From Bacteroidales bacterium (GTDB lineage Bacteria > Bacteroidota > Bacteroidia > Bacteroidales > UBA7960), in assembly GCA_007130125.1 (NCBI GenBank), contig SLSZ01000066.1:7578-71577 (forward strand): a stretch of 64,000 bases of DNA, written 5' to 3'. Below, piece after piece: positions 1 to 9,907 of this stretch. The translations under genes and the position numbers were made by a program. The notes under the pieces are model-generated. The model did no database searches. It saw nothing but the letters and a program-made list of their open reading frames with translations, and was not told the DNA's origin. How positions within the stretch are numbered: the first letter of the stretch is position 1; the number at the start of each line of letters is the position of its first letter.

Positions 1-620
1 CCCAACTCCTCTATCGACTCATCCATCACAGCCCGATCTTCAGCGATTCCTACAACAGTTAGCCATACATTCCCGCATTTAATTTGTTGTCCAATAGGAT
101 CTTCATTACCGAAAAACACAGACCTGACATTGCTTCCAATAATTGCTACCGGCTCTCCGGAAACTAACTGTTCTTCCGTAAACATTTTTCCCTGCCAAAG
201 CTCCAGTTGAAAAACATTGAAAAAGTCAGGTGTAACACCCGAAAGCCTGACCGGCTGCCTCACTCCACTTCGCATAGCATACAAGCTCATTGTTGTTTCG
301 GGACTAACCTTTTTTACAGTAGGTAATACTGACTGTAAGCTGGATGCATCTTCCAGGGTTAGACCCGGGGAAAATCGCCCTTCAAGAATATCTTCATTAT
401 CTTCAACATACAGAGGACGTACAATGATATTGTTAACCCCAACAAGCTTCATCTGCTCAAGGATCTCATGACGTGCACCACTCCCTATTGCGAGCATAGC
501 AATAACAGCAGCAACACCAAAGATGATACCCAGGGCTGTAAGCATTGAACGAAACCTGTTTTGCAGAACAGCTTCTAATGCAACATTAAGATTGTATATG
601 TATCTGCCGGCTTTTGTCAC
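1..620 (-). CDS. ABC transporter permease, MacB/FtsX family (N-terminal part; gene continues past window start)
   Basis: Not in the ORF track (no stop in window). My reverse-complement translation from GTG at 620-618 reads VTKAGRYIYNLNVALEAVLQNRFRSMLTALGIIFGVAAVIAMLAIGSGARHEILEQMKLVGVNNIIVRP...DPIGQQIKCGNVWLTVVGIAEDR with no stop through position 1. The LRSxLTxLGIIxGVAAVI TM1 motif followed by a periplasmic domain is typical of MacB-type permeases. Confidence 0.8.
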   Translation of the reverse strand, partial: MTKAGRYIYNLNVALEAVLQNRFRSMLTALGIIFGVAAVIAMLAIGSGARHEILEQMKLVGVNNIIVRPLYVEDNEDILEGRFSPGLTLEDASSLQSVLPTVKKVSPETTMSLYAMRSGVRQPVRLSGVTPDFFNVFQLELWQGKMFTEEQLVSGEPVAIIGSNVRSVFFGNEDPIGQQIKCGNVWLTVVGIAEDRAVMDESIEEL

Positions 621-803
621 AACTATAAAATTTATTTAAATATAATCCAAAATACTTTAAACCTATATTCTATTTTTTATACAAAAATAAAGTAAAATAT
701 AAGAGAAATTTAAAAATAAGCAATTCATAAATATAACAAGCAAAATATTTTCTGTCTAAGGATATTGATTTAAATAATTTTTTAAAACAAATACTAACTA
801 TAA

Positions 804-841
804 AGCACAAAGGCCACTCATTTAAGAGTAGCCTTTGTGCT
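804..841 (-). terminator. Hairpin terminator downstream of the GH16 gene
   Basis: An 11-bp perfect stem, AGCACAAAGGC (804-814) / GCCTTTGTGCT (831-841), with a 16-nt loop, lies 30 nt past the stop of the minus-strand gene. The flank is moderately T-rich on the minus strand. Confidence 0.55.
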
Positions 842-871
842 CTATATTATAGCTGTATTTATAAGTTTCTA

Positions 872-3295
872 CTAATCCTTTATAAACCTGCCAGATGATA
901 TGGTTTCATCGGTAATTATTCTTATGAAATAAATACCGGATTGCAAACCACTTACATCTAGATCAAATGATTTGCCAGTGCATTTTTCTTGTAATAAAAG
1001 TTTGCCAGTTTTAGAATAGACCTCGACAATACCCGATATTTCTTTATGTTGTACTATTGTCAATTTATTATAAGCAGGGTTTGGATACACATCTATTTCA
1101 CCCTCACTTAATGCCTGTTCTGATAAGTTCAATGCAGCTGATTTTGATGTAGATGCAACGGTAACGCTATTCTCTGCATCCCAGTAGTAACCGGATTTGG
1201 CAATATTGTCTACCGTAACGGTAAAGTCACTAGCATTTCGAATATTAGGAGTTTGAAACTCAACACTACCATTTCCGTCGGTAGTTCCGCTGTCACTACC
1301 GGAATAAGACCCTGACCAGGTAATGTCAACCGCAGCACTTGCAACTGCTTCACCCAGCGAGGAAACCTCAATATGAGCTGTAGCACTTGTGTTTGGCCCT
1401 CTGGAGGTGGTAGTAAGATTAAGGGTATTGGTCATTGGCTGATCTTCGCCACCGCCTTCATCATAAGTTACGGTGATAGAACTTGTTGCAGTGTAGCCTC
1501 CATCAACTGTTGTTACGGTAATTATTGCAGCACCTTCACCAGCGCCGGTTACAAGGCCCGTAGAGTTAACCGTTGCAACGGATGTATTGTCAGATGACCA
1601 GGTAACATCTTTGTTATCTGCATCATGAGGCTCTACATTTTCTTCAAGCTGAACTGTTCCGTTTACTTCAATTGTGGCTTCCGTAGGGCTGACGCTCACA
1701 CCAGTTACTGCTACAGGATCCGGATCTGGTTCCTCACCGCTTCCATCATCAGCCTTATAGCTGTCCAGATTATCCCAGTAATAGGTATCACCAGTAAAAG
1801 TATTAGGTGCAAAAAGAATAACCATATCAGAAATATTTGTGTGAGAAGCACTTCCGTCAGGACGATCAGCAAAATCAAACACAATCCGTTCCCACTCACC
1901 ATTCTTTGTTATCGTACCAAAATAGCGGCTATGCCTTCCGGTTGGATAGTTGGTAGCTGTAGCGTCAGGAGTTTCCAACTGGATGATTATTTCTGTGCCA
2001 ACCGGTGCAGAAGTTAGTACATCCATGTAAAATTTACGATCCCTGTTTGAATATTCTGATGCGTCGGGTATGCTTTGGAGTACATCATAAAAGATGCAAT
2101 CATATTGAGCCTCATTATCTCTTACATACTTAGCTGATTTTTCGGATGAATTTATAGTAGAGGGAGATGGATTATTAACAACAGTTAAGTCTCCGTCTGA
2201 CCCAGTAAACTCAATCAATGCAGGATCGTCAAAATTTTCAAACGAAAAGTCCAGTATGTAAAGCGGTTCTACTAAAACATCCACATTAAGGGTTTCGGTA
2301 CCATCACTGGTTGACACCTCAGCAATCACATCCCCACTTGCGGAATCAAAGTCAATAACTACGTTAGGTGTTCCTTGTCCTGACACAATTGTTGCCCCGG
2401 CAGGAACAGTCCAGTTTACATTAGTATTATTGCTAACATTCCCTATTTTATATTCAACTCCATCAGCCTTAAACTCAACTATACGATCGCCGGTAATATA
2501 AGGCTTGAATCCATCATAAACTCTCACATAGTCAACCTTCATTGTTTGTGGGAAAATATTATCATCAACCTCACCACCGAGGTTGCCTCCGACAGCAACA
2601 TTAAGTATAAAATGAAAATCCTGATCGAATGGCCAGTGATAAGGTGCTATATCTTCTTCCGTTAATGTTTGGAATAAATATCCATCTACAAACCATCTGA
2701 TAACCCCAGGTTCCCATTCAATAGCAAACTCATGCCAGTTACCGGGAAATATTCCGGTATGTTTAGTAAATGTACCACCCATATGTTGGTTGTCAGGCCA
2801 GTCATCCCCGTAATGAATATAGCCAAGTGTTTTATCAGGTTGCCATCCTATGAACTCCATGATGTCTATCTCACCACTTTTAGGCCAGCCACCATACACA
2901 TCGTCGGTTGGCATCATCCAGAATGCGGGCCATAGTCCTCCACCTTCAGGTAGATTGATCAGTGCCTCAAAACGGCCATATGTCCAATCTCCTTTATTTA
3001 TTGTACGAATCCGGGCCGATGTATAAGCATATCGTTGTACTCTTTCTTTTTTGGCAGTAATGTGTAAATGTCCATTACTTACGGTTGCATTTTCAGCCTT
3101 ATAATATTGGAGTTCATTATTACCCCACCCACAAATGCCTTCAGAACAACCATCTCCAATCTGGGGAGTCCACTTGGTATCATCCAAAGAAGTTCCCTCA
3201 AATTCATCAGCCCAAACAAGGTTGGGAGATTGGCCAGATAATGTTAAAGGAAATAAAATTCCTAAAATTAAAATTGTATAAAGCTTTTTTCTCAT
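872..3295 (-). CDS. Secreted GH16 beta-glucanase (laminarinase-like) with CBM-like region, Big_2 Ig-like domain and T9SS C-terminal sorting domain
   Basis: Signal peptide. GH16 block LVWADEFEG...GWGNNELQYY...YTSARI...GLWPAFWMMP...WPKSGEIDIMEF (catalytic ExDxxE). Big_2-like VTGVSVSP...VTWSSDNTSVATVNSTGLVTGAGEGAAIITVTT. C-terminal VYPNPAYNKLTI...GIYFIRI is typical of Por/T9SS CTDs. Confidence 0.9.
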   Translation of the reverse strand: MRKKLYTILILGILFPLTLSGQSPNLVWADEFEGTSLDDTKWTPQIGDGCSEGICGWGNNELQYYKAENATVSNGHLHITAKKERVQRYAYTSARIRTINKGDWTYGRFEALINLPEGGGLWPAFWMMPTDDVYGGWPKSGEIDIMEFIGWQPDKTLGYIHYGDDWPDNQHMGGTFTKHTGIFPGNWHEFAIEWEPGVIRWFVDGYLFQTLTEEDIAPYHWPFDQDFHFILNVAVGGNLGGEVDDNIFPQTMKVDYVRVYDGFKPYITGDRIVEFKADGVEYKIGNVSNNTNVNWTVPAGATIVSGQGTPNVVIDFDSASGDVIAEVSTSDGTETLNVDVLVEPLYILDFSFENFDDPALIEFTGSDGDLTVVNNPSPSTINSSEKSAKYVRDNEAQYDCIFYDVLQSIPDASEYSNRDRKFYMDVLTSAPVGTEIIIQLETPDATATNYPTGRHSRYFGTITKNGEWERIVFDFADRPDGSASHTNISDMVILFAPNTFTGDTYYWDNLDSYKADDGSGEEPDPDPVAVTGVSVSPTEATIEVNGTVQLEENVEPHDADNKDVTWSSDNTSVATVNSTGLVTGAGEGAAIITVTTVDGGYTATSSITVTYDEGGGEDQPMTNTLNLTTTSRGPNTSATAHIEVSSLGEAVASAAVDITWSGSYSGSDSGTTDGNGSVEFQTPNIRNASDFTVTVDNIAKSGYYWDAENSVTVASTSKSAALNLSEQALSEGEIDVYPNPAYNKLTIVQHKEISGIVEVYSKTGKLLLQEKCTGKSFDLDVSGLQSGIYFIRIITDETISSGRFIKD

Positions 3296-3585
3296 AAGTG
3301 AAAATGTTTTTGTTAATTATTTTTTTAGTTATGTAAAAATATTTAACAAAAACCGGGTTTCAAAAAAACACACTACATCTTGAATACATCATAAATTTAA
3401 ATACAAACAAAGAAACACATCATAACTACACCAAATATAAAAACTTGCATTTGGTGTTTAGGCACCTGAGAAGCTTTTAAATGTCAACATGATTAAATCA
3501 AAGCAGCTTTGTTCTGCTAATCAACATTCAAAATTTTTATTAAAATATTCTTAAGGCACTTATGGTTATATATTGGATAGGAAAG

Positions 3586-4836
3586 TTAATTATCCTCCAG
3601 CGTGTAAAATCTCAGACTCTCAGGTTCGCTCGGCATTGTTAATAAAACAACATCCCCTTCGTCGAGTCCTTCATTAATAACTATTTGGTTTTCATTACGT
3701 TTGCCGGTAACAACCTGCTGGCGTACTATTCTGTTATGCAACTGTTGGAAGACATAATTAATTGTATCAAGTGCATTAACAGCCTCTATAGGGACAAAAA
3801 GCACATCGTCTAATTCATCGGTTATTATAGTGTTTTTTGTTGTCATAGCCGGTCTGAGAATAGTATCATATTCATTTATTTCAATATTAACTTCAAACAC
3901 GCGTGCATCAGAATTTGGCCTTTGCTCACCTATATTGGCAACCTCGGTAACCACGCCGGTAAACTCTTTATCAGGAAATGCATCTACAACTATTTTTGCT
4001 TTTTGTTTTTGACTAACCTTGCTAATATCTATTTCATTGACAAAAGTTTTTGAAATCATAACTGAAAAATCGGGCAATGTAGCTACTACATTATCCCAGG
4101 AGCTCACCTGTGAACCAACTGTTATCTTACTACCATCCCATGCACGCCGGTAAATTACCATACCGGGTTTTGGAGCGTGTATTTCAAAATCATCAATAAC
4201 ACCCAACATATTCTCATACCTTCTTTTTTGCTGATTCAAAGAGGCAGTAACTTCCTGCATTTTTGCTTTAGTTTGCTCCAACTTGAGTTGATAATTTTCT
4301 TTTGCCTGTTCATATGATCTTTTAGCTTTTTCAAGATTTATTTCGGCCTGCCTTATTGTGGCAGGCGGTTCAAACCTTGATTGCTCCAGGGTTATTTCTG
4401 CTTCTTCATAAGCATGTTCGAGGTTTATCAAGTCATTTCGTGCATTTCTTAACTCAAGAGTAGTGTCCAACCTTGTTTGAGTATGAAGAGTCTGCAACTT
4501 TTCCAGTTCTGTCTCAAGATCTTTCAGCCGGTTGCTTATCTCAGTCCTGTCAAGGGTAGCAACCCAATCACCTTCTTCAACAACAGTTCCTTCAGGTATT
4601 ATTTCAGCAATTTGCACATTCCAAATACCTACTGTACGCAATCCGCTGGGCCCAAGAATATTTTCACTGTTCTTTGCTTCAAGCTCACCACTGGTATGAA
4701 CACTTATTACAAAATCGCCACGTTCTACGGGAACCTTAATAACTACATCCATTGCAGATTCGCTCCGTAACAAAAACCATAGTGCTAAAATCACAAAAAT
4801 AATTACCGATATAATTATGTACTTTTTGTATTTCAT
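3586..4836 (-). CDS. Efflux transporter periplasmic adaptor (HlyD/MacA family membrane fusion protein)
   Basis: N-terminal TM anchor, a long coiled-coil hairpin (LEKLQTLHTQTRLD...AEINLEKAKRSYEQAKENYQLKLEQTKAKMQE), then beta-barrel regions (IHAPKPGMVIYR, FTGVVTEVANIGE). 416 aa. Confidence 0.8.
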   Translation of the reverse strand: MKYKKYIIISVIIFVILALWFLLRSESAMDVVIKVPVERGDFVISVHTSGELEAKNSENILGPSGLRTVGIWNVQIAEIIPEGTVVEEGDWVATLDRTEISNRLKDLETELEKLQTLHTQTRLDTTLELRNARNDLINLEHAYEEAEITLEQSRFEPPATIRQAEINLEKAKRSYEQAKENYQLKLEQTKAKMQEVTASLNQQKRRYENMLGVIDDFEIHAPKPGMVIYRRAWDGSKITVGSQVSSWDNVVATLPDFSVMISKTFVNEIDISKVSQKQKAKIVVDAFPDKEFTGVVTEVANIGEQRPNSDARVFEVNIEINEYDTILRPAMTTKNTIITDELDDVLFVPIEAVNALDTINYVFQQLHNRIVRQQVVTGKRNENQIVINEGLDEGDVVLLTMPSEPESLRFYTLEDN

Positions 4837-5098
4837 TGTTTAAATATCTAGTGTTAATAATGATATAATATTAAAAGGTTAATGTGGTAGAAAATCAAAA
4901 ATCCGGTGTTAATTTACAAATATTATTTAAATACAAAACATAAGTTGGCCAAAAATTTTGTTTTCCGCTGATAATGTTTATACTCCAGGTGTCAAAAAAT
5001 GTAACATGCCATGCTACTTATCAGCAAATATATTCGCTATTAGCGGGAAACTGATTCTCCGCTTGTTTTATCATTAAAGCTTTAACCATCCGGATTTG

Positions 5099-6883
5099 TC
5101 AATCAAAAATCCTTGTTTTCTTAATCCTGTTATACAAAATCAACCCTGACGTCACAGCTATAATCACCCAGATGGCAGCATCGCTCCATTGACCAAAAAT
5201 TATCTTTCCTGTTGCAAATAACGTTGAATAAGTCATAAAAATTGCGCTTATCCAGCATATGAAAAGGTTTCTGATATTCCCGGGTTTTTTGCTGCCAGGT
5301 TCTTCAAAGGGTTTCCAAAAGCCATCCGGTTGAACTTTTTTATAAAACTTTTCAAGTACTTCCTTTTTAACAGGAGAAGTAAACCTTGTGACCAAAAGCC
5401 AAGCTATTGTGGTAACGCCAACGGTAAAGAAGAATGAACCTCTGTGAATCAGGAAGCTGTCAGGCATAATATTTTCAAGATATAATTTGGCAAATCCATA
5501 GGCAATGAAAGGCGCAATTGTGGCGGCTATTTCAGTCCATGCATTGATCCTCCACCAATACCATCTTAATATCAAGACCAAACCAAGTCCGGCTCCACAT
5601 TCAATTATAAACAGCCATAAGCCACTTATGGTTGTTACCCTTGTAGTAACATATAAAGCGATCAACATTATCAGTAATGTAAAAGTTCTTCCGGCTAGCA
5701 CATAATGCTTGTCGGCCACTTCATCATTAACAAAAGCTCTTCGTGGTTTAAAAAATCTTTTGTACAAATCATTAACAAGGTAGCTTGCGCCCCAGTTTAG
5801 TTGTGTAGAGATCGTGCTCATATAAGCAGCCAAAAAAGCAGTTAGCATCAAGCCTTTCAATCCTACCGGCAAATAATCCTTCATTGCCATAACATAGCCC
5901 ATGCGCAATTCATCGCCACCAAGTTCGGGATATAATATAAGTGCAGCAAGAGCAACTATTATCCATGGCCATGGTCTGATGCAGTAATGAGCTATCTGAA
6001 AAAAGAGGGTTGACATAACTGCACTTTTTTCATCCTTGCAACTCATCATTCTTTGAGCAATATAGCCTCCTCCTCCAGGTTCAGCTCCCGGATACCAGCT
6101 TGCCCACCACTGAAAGCCAATAAAAGCAAGAAAAGCACCAATGCTTATGCTAAGCGTGCCAGCCAACGAAGCTTCATCTCCTCCTATTTGAGGGAAAAAA
6201 CGAAATGTAGAATCGGGCAGCTGATCTTGCATGCCGCTGATACCTCCAACCTGGTCAGTATTTATAACTATAAAAGCTAAAATAATACTTGCGGTCATAG
6301 CTATGACAAACTGCACAGAATCAGTCATAGCCACGCCCCACAATCCTGCCAAAGTAGAGTATATAACGGTTAGCAACATCAAGCCACCTACATACAATAT
6401 TGCCTCCTGCGGAGGAATATCAAAAAACACTTCTATGATAGTCATCATGGCAAGATTTACCCAGGCAATAATCATAACATTCATAAAAATGCCAAGGTAG
6501 ACAGCTTTAAAACCCCTTAAAAAAGAAGCTTCTTTTCCGCTGTATCTTATTTCAATAAACTCAAGCTCGGTAAGTATCTCAGCCCTGCGCCAGTTACGTG
6601 CAAAGAAAAAGGTTGTAAGCATACCACCAATGAGCATGTTCCACCAAAGCCAGTTGCCCGAAATACCGCTCTCACCAACCAACTCCGTTACTGCTAATGG
6701 AGTGTCGGCAGCAAAAGTTGTAGCAACCATCGATATACCGGCAATATACCATGGCAAATTCCTGCCCGTTAGAAAATATGCTGATAAGCTTTTACTGCCC
6801 CTGCGCCTATACTTTAGCCCAATAGCCAATGACAATAAAAGAAAACCAACTATTATAAGCCAATCAAAAATGGATAAATGCAT
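5099..6883 (-). CDS. Sodium:solute symporter (SSS/SLC5) family transporter
   Basis: 594 aa, polytopic. The N-terminus DWLIIVGFLLLSLAIGLKYRRRGSKSLSAYFLTGRNLPWYIAGISMVATTFAADTPL is characteristic of SSS transporters. Confidence 0.8.
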   Translation of the reverse strand: MHLSIFDWLIIVGFLLLSLAIGLKYRRRGSKSLSAYFLTGRNLPWYIAGISMVATTFAADTPLAVTELVGESGISGNWLWWNMLIGGMLTTFFFARNWRRAEILTELEFIEIRYSGKEASFLRGFKAVYLGIFMNVMIIAWVNLAMMTIIEVFFDIPPQEAILYVGGLMLLTVIYSTLAGLWGVAMTDSVQFVIAMTASIILAFIVINTDQVGGISGMQDQLPDSTFRFFPQIGGDEASLAGTLSISIGAFLAFIGFQWWASWYPGAEPGGGGYIAQRMMSCKDEKSAVMSTLFFQIAHYCIRPWPWIIVALAALILYPELGGDELRMGYVMAMKDYLPVGLKGLMLTAFLAAYMSTISTQLNWGASYLVNDLYKRFFKPRRAFVNDEVADKHYVLAGRTFTLLIMLIALYVTTRVTTISGLWLFIIECGAGLGLVLILRWYWWRINAWTEIAATIAPFIAYGFAKLYLENIMPDSFLIHRGSFFFTVGVTTIAWLLVTRFTSPVKKEVLEKFYKKVQPDGFWKPFEEPGSKKPGNIRNLFICWISAIFMTYSTLFATGKIIFGQWSDAAIWVIIAVTSGLILYNRIKKTRIFD

Positions 6884-6951
6884 ATTTGCAAACTTTCAAC
6901 AGCCAGCTGCCTGCTTCAAATAAAAAATCTATGGTATGTTTTTGAAAATAC

Positions 6952-7752
6952 TTAATCGTTAACTGTTCTAAGCGGCAAATAAACTTCAAAACAACTTCCT
7001 TCTCCGGGTTGGCTTGTCAATACTATATGTCCGCCATGTCGTTCAACAATGTATTTAACATAAAACAGTCCCATTCCAAAACCCTTTTGCTTATTGTTAT
7101 TGGAACCGGGTGCCCTGTAAAATTGTTTGAAAACATCTTTCTGGTGTGCCGGCTCTATGCCAACACCTTTATCTGATACGGCAATAATCAAATATTGCTG
7201 CTCATTTCTTGTAGAAACAGAGATCTCTGCAGGTTCGTCAGAATATTTGCGTGCGTTCTCCAAAAGGTTGTCAAAAACATTGGTTAGGTGTATTTTGTCT
7301 CCACTGATAATATAATCCGACGCTTTAAAATCAGTCTTTAAAACTCCATTTTTCTGTTCAAGGATAAACTCGTGAATAAGCAAACTGTCTTCGAGCAATG
7401 CATGAATGTTAACAGGCTCTTCATGAAGCATCAATTCATCTCTTTCTATTTTAGCAAAGTGGAGAAACAGATCAACAGTTTGGCTAACCCTTTTATTCTC
7501 GGTAATGACCATTTTTACTAAACGGTGAGCTTCATCAGGGAGTGACTCCATCTCATGAAGCATTTCCGATGTTAATGTGATTGTGGATAAAGGATTCTTC
7601 ATCTCATGAATAGCATGATAGAAAAAGTTATCGCGATTTTTCGATTTTCGCTTCTTGTCTAAATATAAAAACAACAAAACAATACTAGATATAACAAGTA
7701 ACGAAATTAATATTATACACACATACATCTTCTTGCAATTTACATAAAACAC
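6952..7752 (-). CDS. Minimal membrane-anchored sensor histidine kinase (one TM, no sensor domain)
   Basis: A single TM (YVCIILISLLVISSIVLLFLYL) is followed about 17 aa later by the H-box HEMKNPLSTI. HATPase_c motifs: N box NLLENARKY, G boxes DKGVGI and GFGMGL. No response regulator is adjacent. Confidence 0.8.
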   Translation of the reverse strand: MFYVNCKKMYVCIILISLLVISSIVLLFLYLDKKRKSKNRDNFFYHAIHEMKNPLSTITLTSEMLHEMESLPDEAHRLVKMVITENKRVSQTVDLFLHFAKIERDELMLHEEPVNIHALLEDSLLIHEFILEQKNGVLKTDFKASDYIISGDKIHLTNVFDNLLENARKYSDEPAEISVSTRNEQQYLIIAVSDKGVGIEPAHQKDVFKQFYRAPGSNNNKQKGFGMGLFYVKYIVERHGGHIVLTSQPGEGSCFEVYLPLRTVND

Positions 7753-8080
7753 CGGCTAAAATCTCTCAAAAATAATATAATCTATGATATTTTGACAAAT
7801 ATATAATGGCTTTTTTAAATAATTCTTACACATTTAACCTTAACAAAACAATTATTTACACTTTTTGCAAAAATTTTCCGCCTGACGATACCTTATAGGT
7901 CATTGAGTTCATAGTGCAAACCTCATTCTTCAATTTTATTATCAAAATTCAATGTTTTTAGCTTATATTTGGAACTTAAAATTTTTTGCAGTAATTGTTC
8001 GCATTAAAATATTTTTAGGCTGCTGTTTGATTAAATAACTTTTTTACGATAAATACTTTTTAAACTATAAAGGTTTTGAT

Positions 8081-8908
8081 ATGGCATGGTTTAAAAAAGT
8101 TGACACAGAGAAAAAAACACCCAGAAAAACTTTATGGGTTAAATGTAAAAAGTGTCAATCACATATATTTGCAAAAGAATGGGCAGAAAACCTTAATGTT
8201 TGTCCCAACTGTAATTTTCATGGCAACATTTCTTCTGCCGACAGAATAAAACTGCTTTTTGACAAAAACTCATTTAGCGAATTATATTCTAATATTGAAC
8301 CGGTAGACTCTTTAAAGTTTGTTGATCTAAAAGGTCCTTATAAAGATAAATTTGAGGCCAACAAAAAGAAGTCCGGTATTTCGGAAGCAGTAATAACCGG
8401 TCATGGCAAGATCAATGGCATTCATGTTTCAGCAGCCTTAATGGATTTCCGGTATTTAGGCGGGAGTTTGGGCAGCGCTACAGGCGAAAAAATCTTACGT
8501 GCGGCTAATTACGCTTACGAAAACAATATTCCATATATAGTTTTTTCCGAATCCGGAGGTGCGCGAATGCAGGAAGGGGTCCTTTCTTTAATGCAAATGG
8601 CAAAAACCTGTAACGGAATTGCGCGGCTAAACAAAAAAAACATCCCATACATTTCTGTACTGGCTAACCCCACCACTGGTGGTGTAACCGCAAGCTATGC
8701 AATGATGGGAGATATCAACATTGCCGAGCCTTTTTCTGTTATCGGATTTGCCGGAAGAAGGGTTATTGAACAAACAATTGGTGAAAAATTACCGGACGAT
8801 TTCCAAACCGCTGAATACTTGCTTAAACATGGATTTGTGGATTCCATTGTTAACAGAAAAGACTTGAAAGATTATATCAGCAATGTGTTAAGCTTTTATA
8901 ACCGATAA
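8081..8908 (+). CDS. accD: Acetyl-CoA carboxylase carboxyltransferase beta subunit
   Basis: N-terminal Zn-ribbon CKKCQSH...CPNCNFH, then the carboxyltransferase core (GSLGSATGEKI, SGGARMQEG, PTTGGVTASYA). Confidence 0.9.
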   Translation: MAWFKKVDTEKKTPRKTLWVKCKKCQSHIFAKEWAENLNVCPNCNFHGNISSADRIKLLFDKNSFSELYSNIEPVDSLKFVDLKGPYKDKFEANKKKSGISEAVITGHGKINGIHVSAALMDFRYLGGSLGSATGEKILRAANYAYENNIPYIVFSESGGARMQEGVLSLMQMAKTCNGIARLNKKNIPYISVLANPTTGGVTASYAMMGDINIAEPFSVIGFAGRRVIEQTIGEKLPDDFQTAEYLLKHGFVDSIVNRKDLKDYISNVLSFYNR

Positions 8909-8944
8909 TTTTTTCTTATTTTTCTATTCTCAAAACACTAAAAA

Positions 8945-9826
8945 ATGAGTCACAAATCAGAAAATATTAGTAAAGTTAAAAATACCGGTGAAGCCAAAAC
9001 TAAAAAAGCCAACAACGGTCTGACTGCCTGGGAAATTGTAAAAATCAGCCGGCATTCCGGCAGGCCGGTTTTTCAAGACTATCTTAAACTGATCTTTGAA
9101 AATTTTATACCGCTGCATGGCGACAGGTATTTCGCGGATGATCCGGCAATAGTGGGTGGTTTTGCAGAATTAGAAGGAAACAAAATAATGCTTGTAGGGC
9201 ATTATAAAGGAAAAAATACTGAGGAAAATATTGAAAGAAACTTTGGAATGGCTAAACCCGAAGGATACAGAAAAGCTCTCAGGTTGATGAGACTGGCTGA
9301 AAGGTTCAACATTCCAATTGTAACGATAATTGACACACCGGGCGCTTTCCCCGGAATGGAAGCCGAAGAAAGAGGGCAGGCAGAATCAATTGCAAAAAAC
9401 ATAACAGAAATGGCCAAAATTGAAGTGCCTATAATATCTGTTGTTATTGGTGAAGGTGGTAGTGGTGGAGCTTTGGGTATTGGCGTTGGAGATAAAATAT
9501 TAATGCTTTCCAGGGCTATTTATTCTGTAATTTCACCGGAAGGATGTGCTTCAATTTTGTGGAGGGATGCCTCCTATGCACCTGACGCGGCAAAAGCCCT
9601 AAACCTGACAGCTGACGCACTGCTTAAACTTGATGTTATCGACGAAATTATTGAAGAGCCTGCTGAAGGCGCCCATACAGGCGTCCACAAAACTGCCGAA
9701 AATGTTAAAAATTCAATTATTAAGAACTTGAACCTTTTAGGCAACTTAGATGTTGAAGAATTGCTGAAAAACAGAAGCAGTAAATATTCAAACATGGGTA
9801 AGTATAATGATATTAATAAAGGCTAA
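8945..9826 (+). CDS. accA: Acetyl-CoA carboxylase carboxyltransferase alpha subunit
   Basis: LTAWEIVKISRHSGRP, GMAKPEGYRKALRLMRLAERFNIPIVTIIDTPGAFPG..AEERGQAE, GEGGSGGALGIGVGD. 36 bp after accD, same strand. Confidence 0.9.
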   Translation: MSHKSENISKVKNTGEAKTKKANNGLTAWEIVKISRHSGRPVFQDYLKLIFENFIPLHGDRYFADDPAIVGGFAELEGNKIMLVGHYKGKNTEENIERNFGMAKPEGYRKALRLMRLAERFNIPIVTIIDTPGAFPGMEAEERGQAESIAKNITEMAKIEVPIISVVIGEGGSGGALGIGVGDKILMLSRAIYSVISPEGCASILWRDASYAPDAAKALNLTADALLKLDVIDEIIEEPAEGAHTGVHKTAENVKNSIIKNLNLLGNLDVEELLKNRSSKYSNMGKYNDINKG

Positions 9827-9907
9827 CGAACACAAAAACCCCTTCAACCGTTAGTTACAAACCATAACAAGCGATTAACCATCAATGTTTTACGAAATTA
9901 TATAACG

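Noticed and set aside
217-471. 84-aa plus-strand ORF at the window start
   Set aside because: It is antisense to the well-supported MacB/FtsX permease frame, which is open from 620 to 1.
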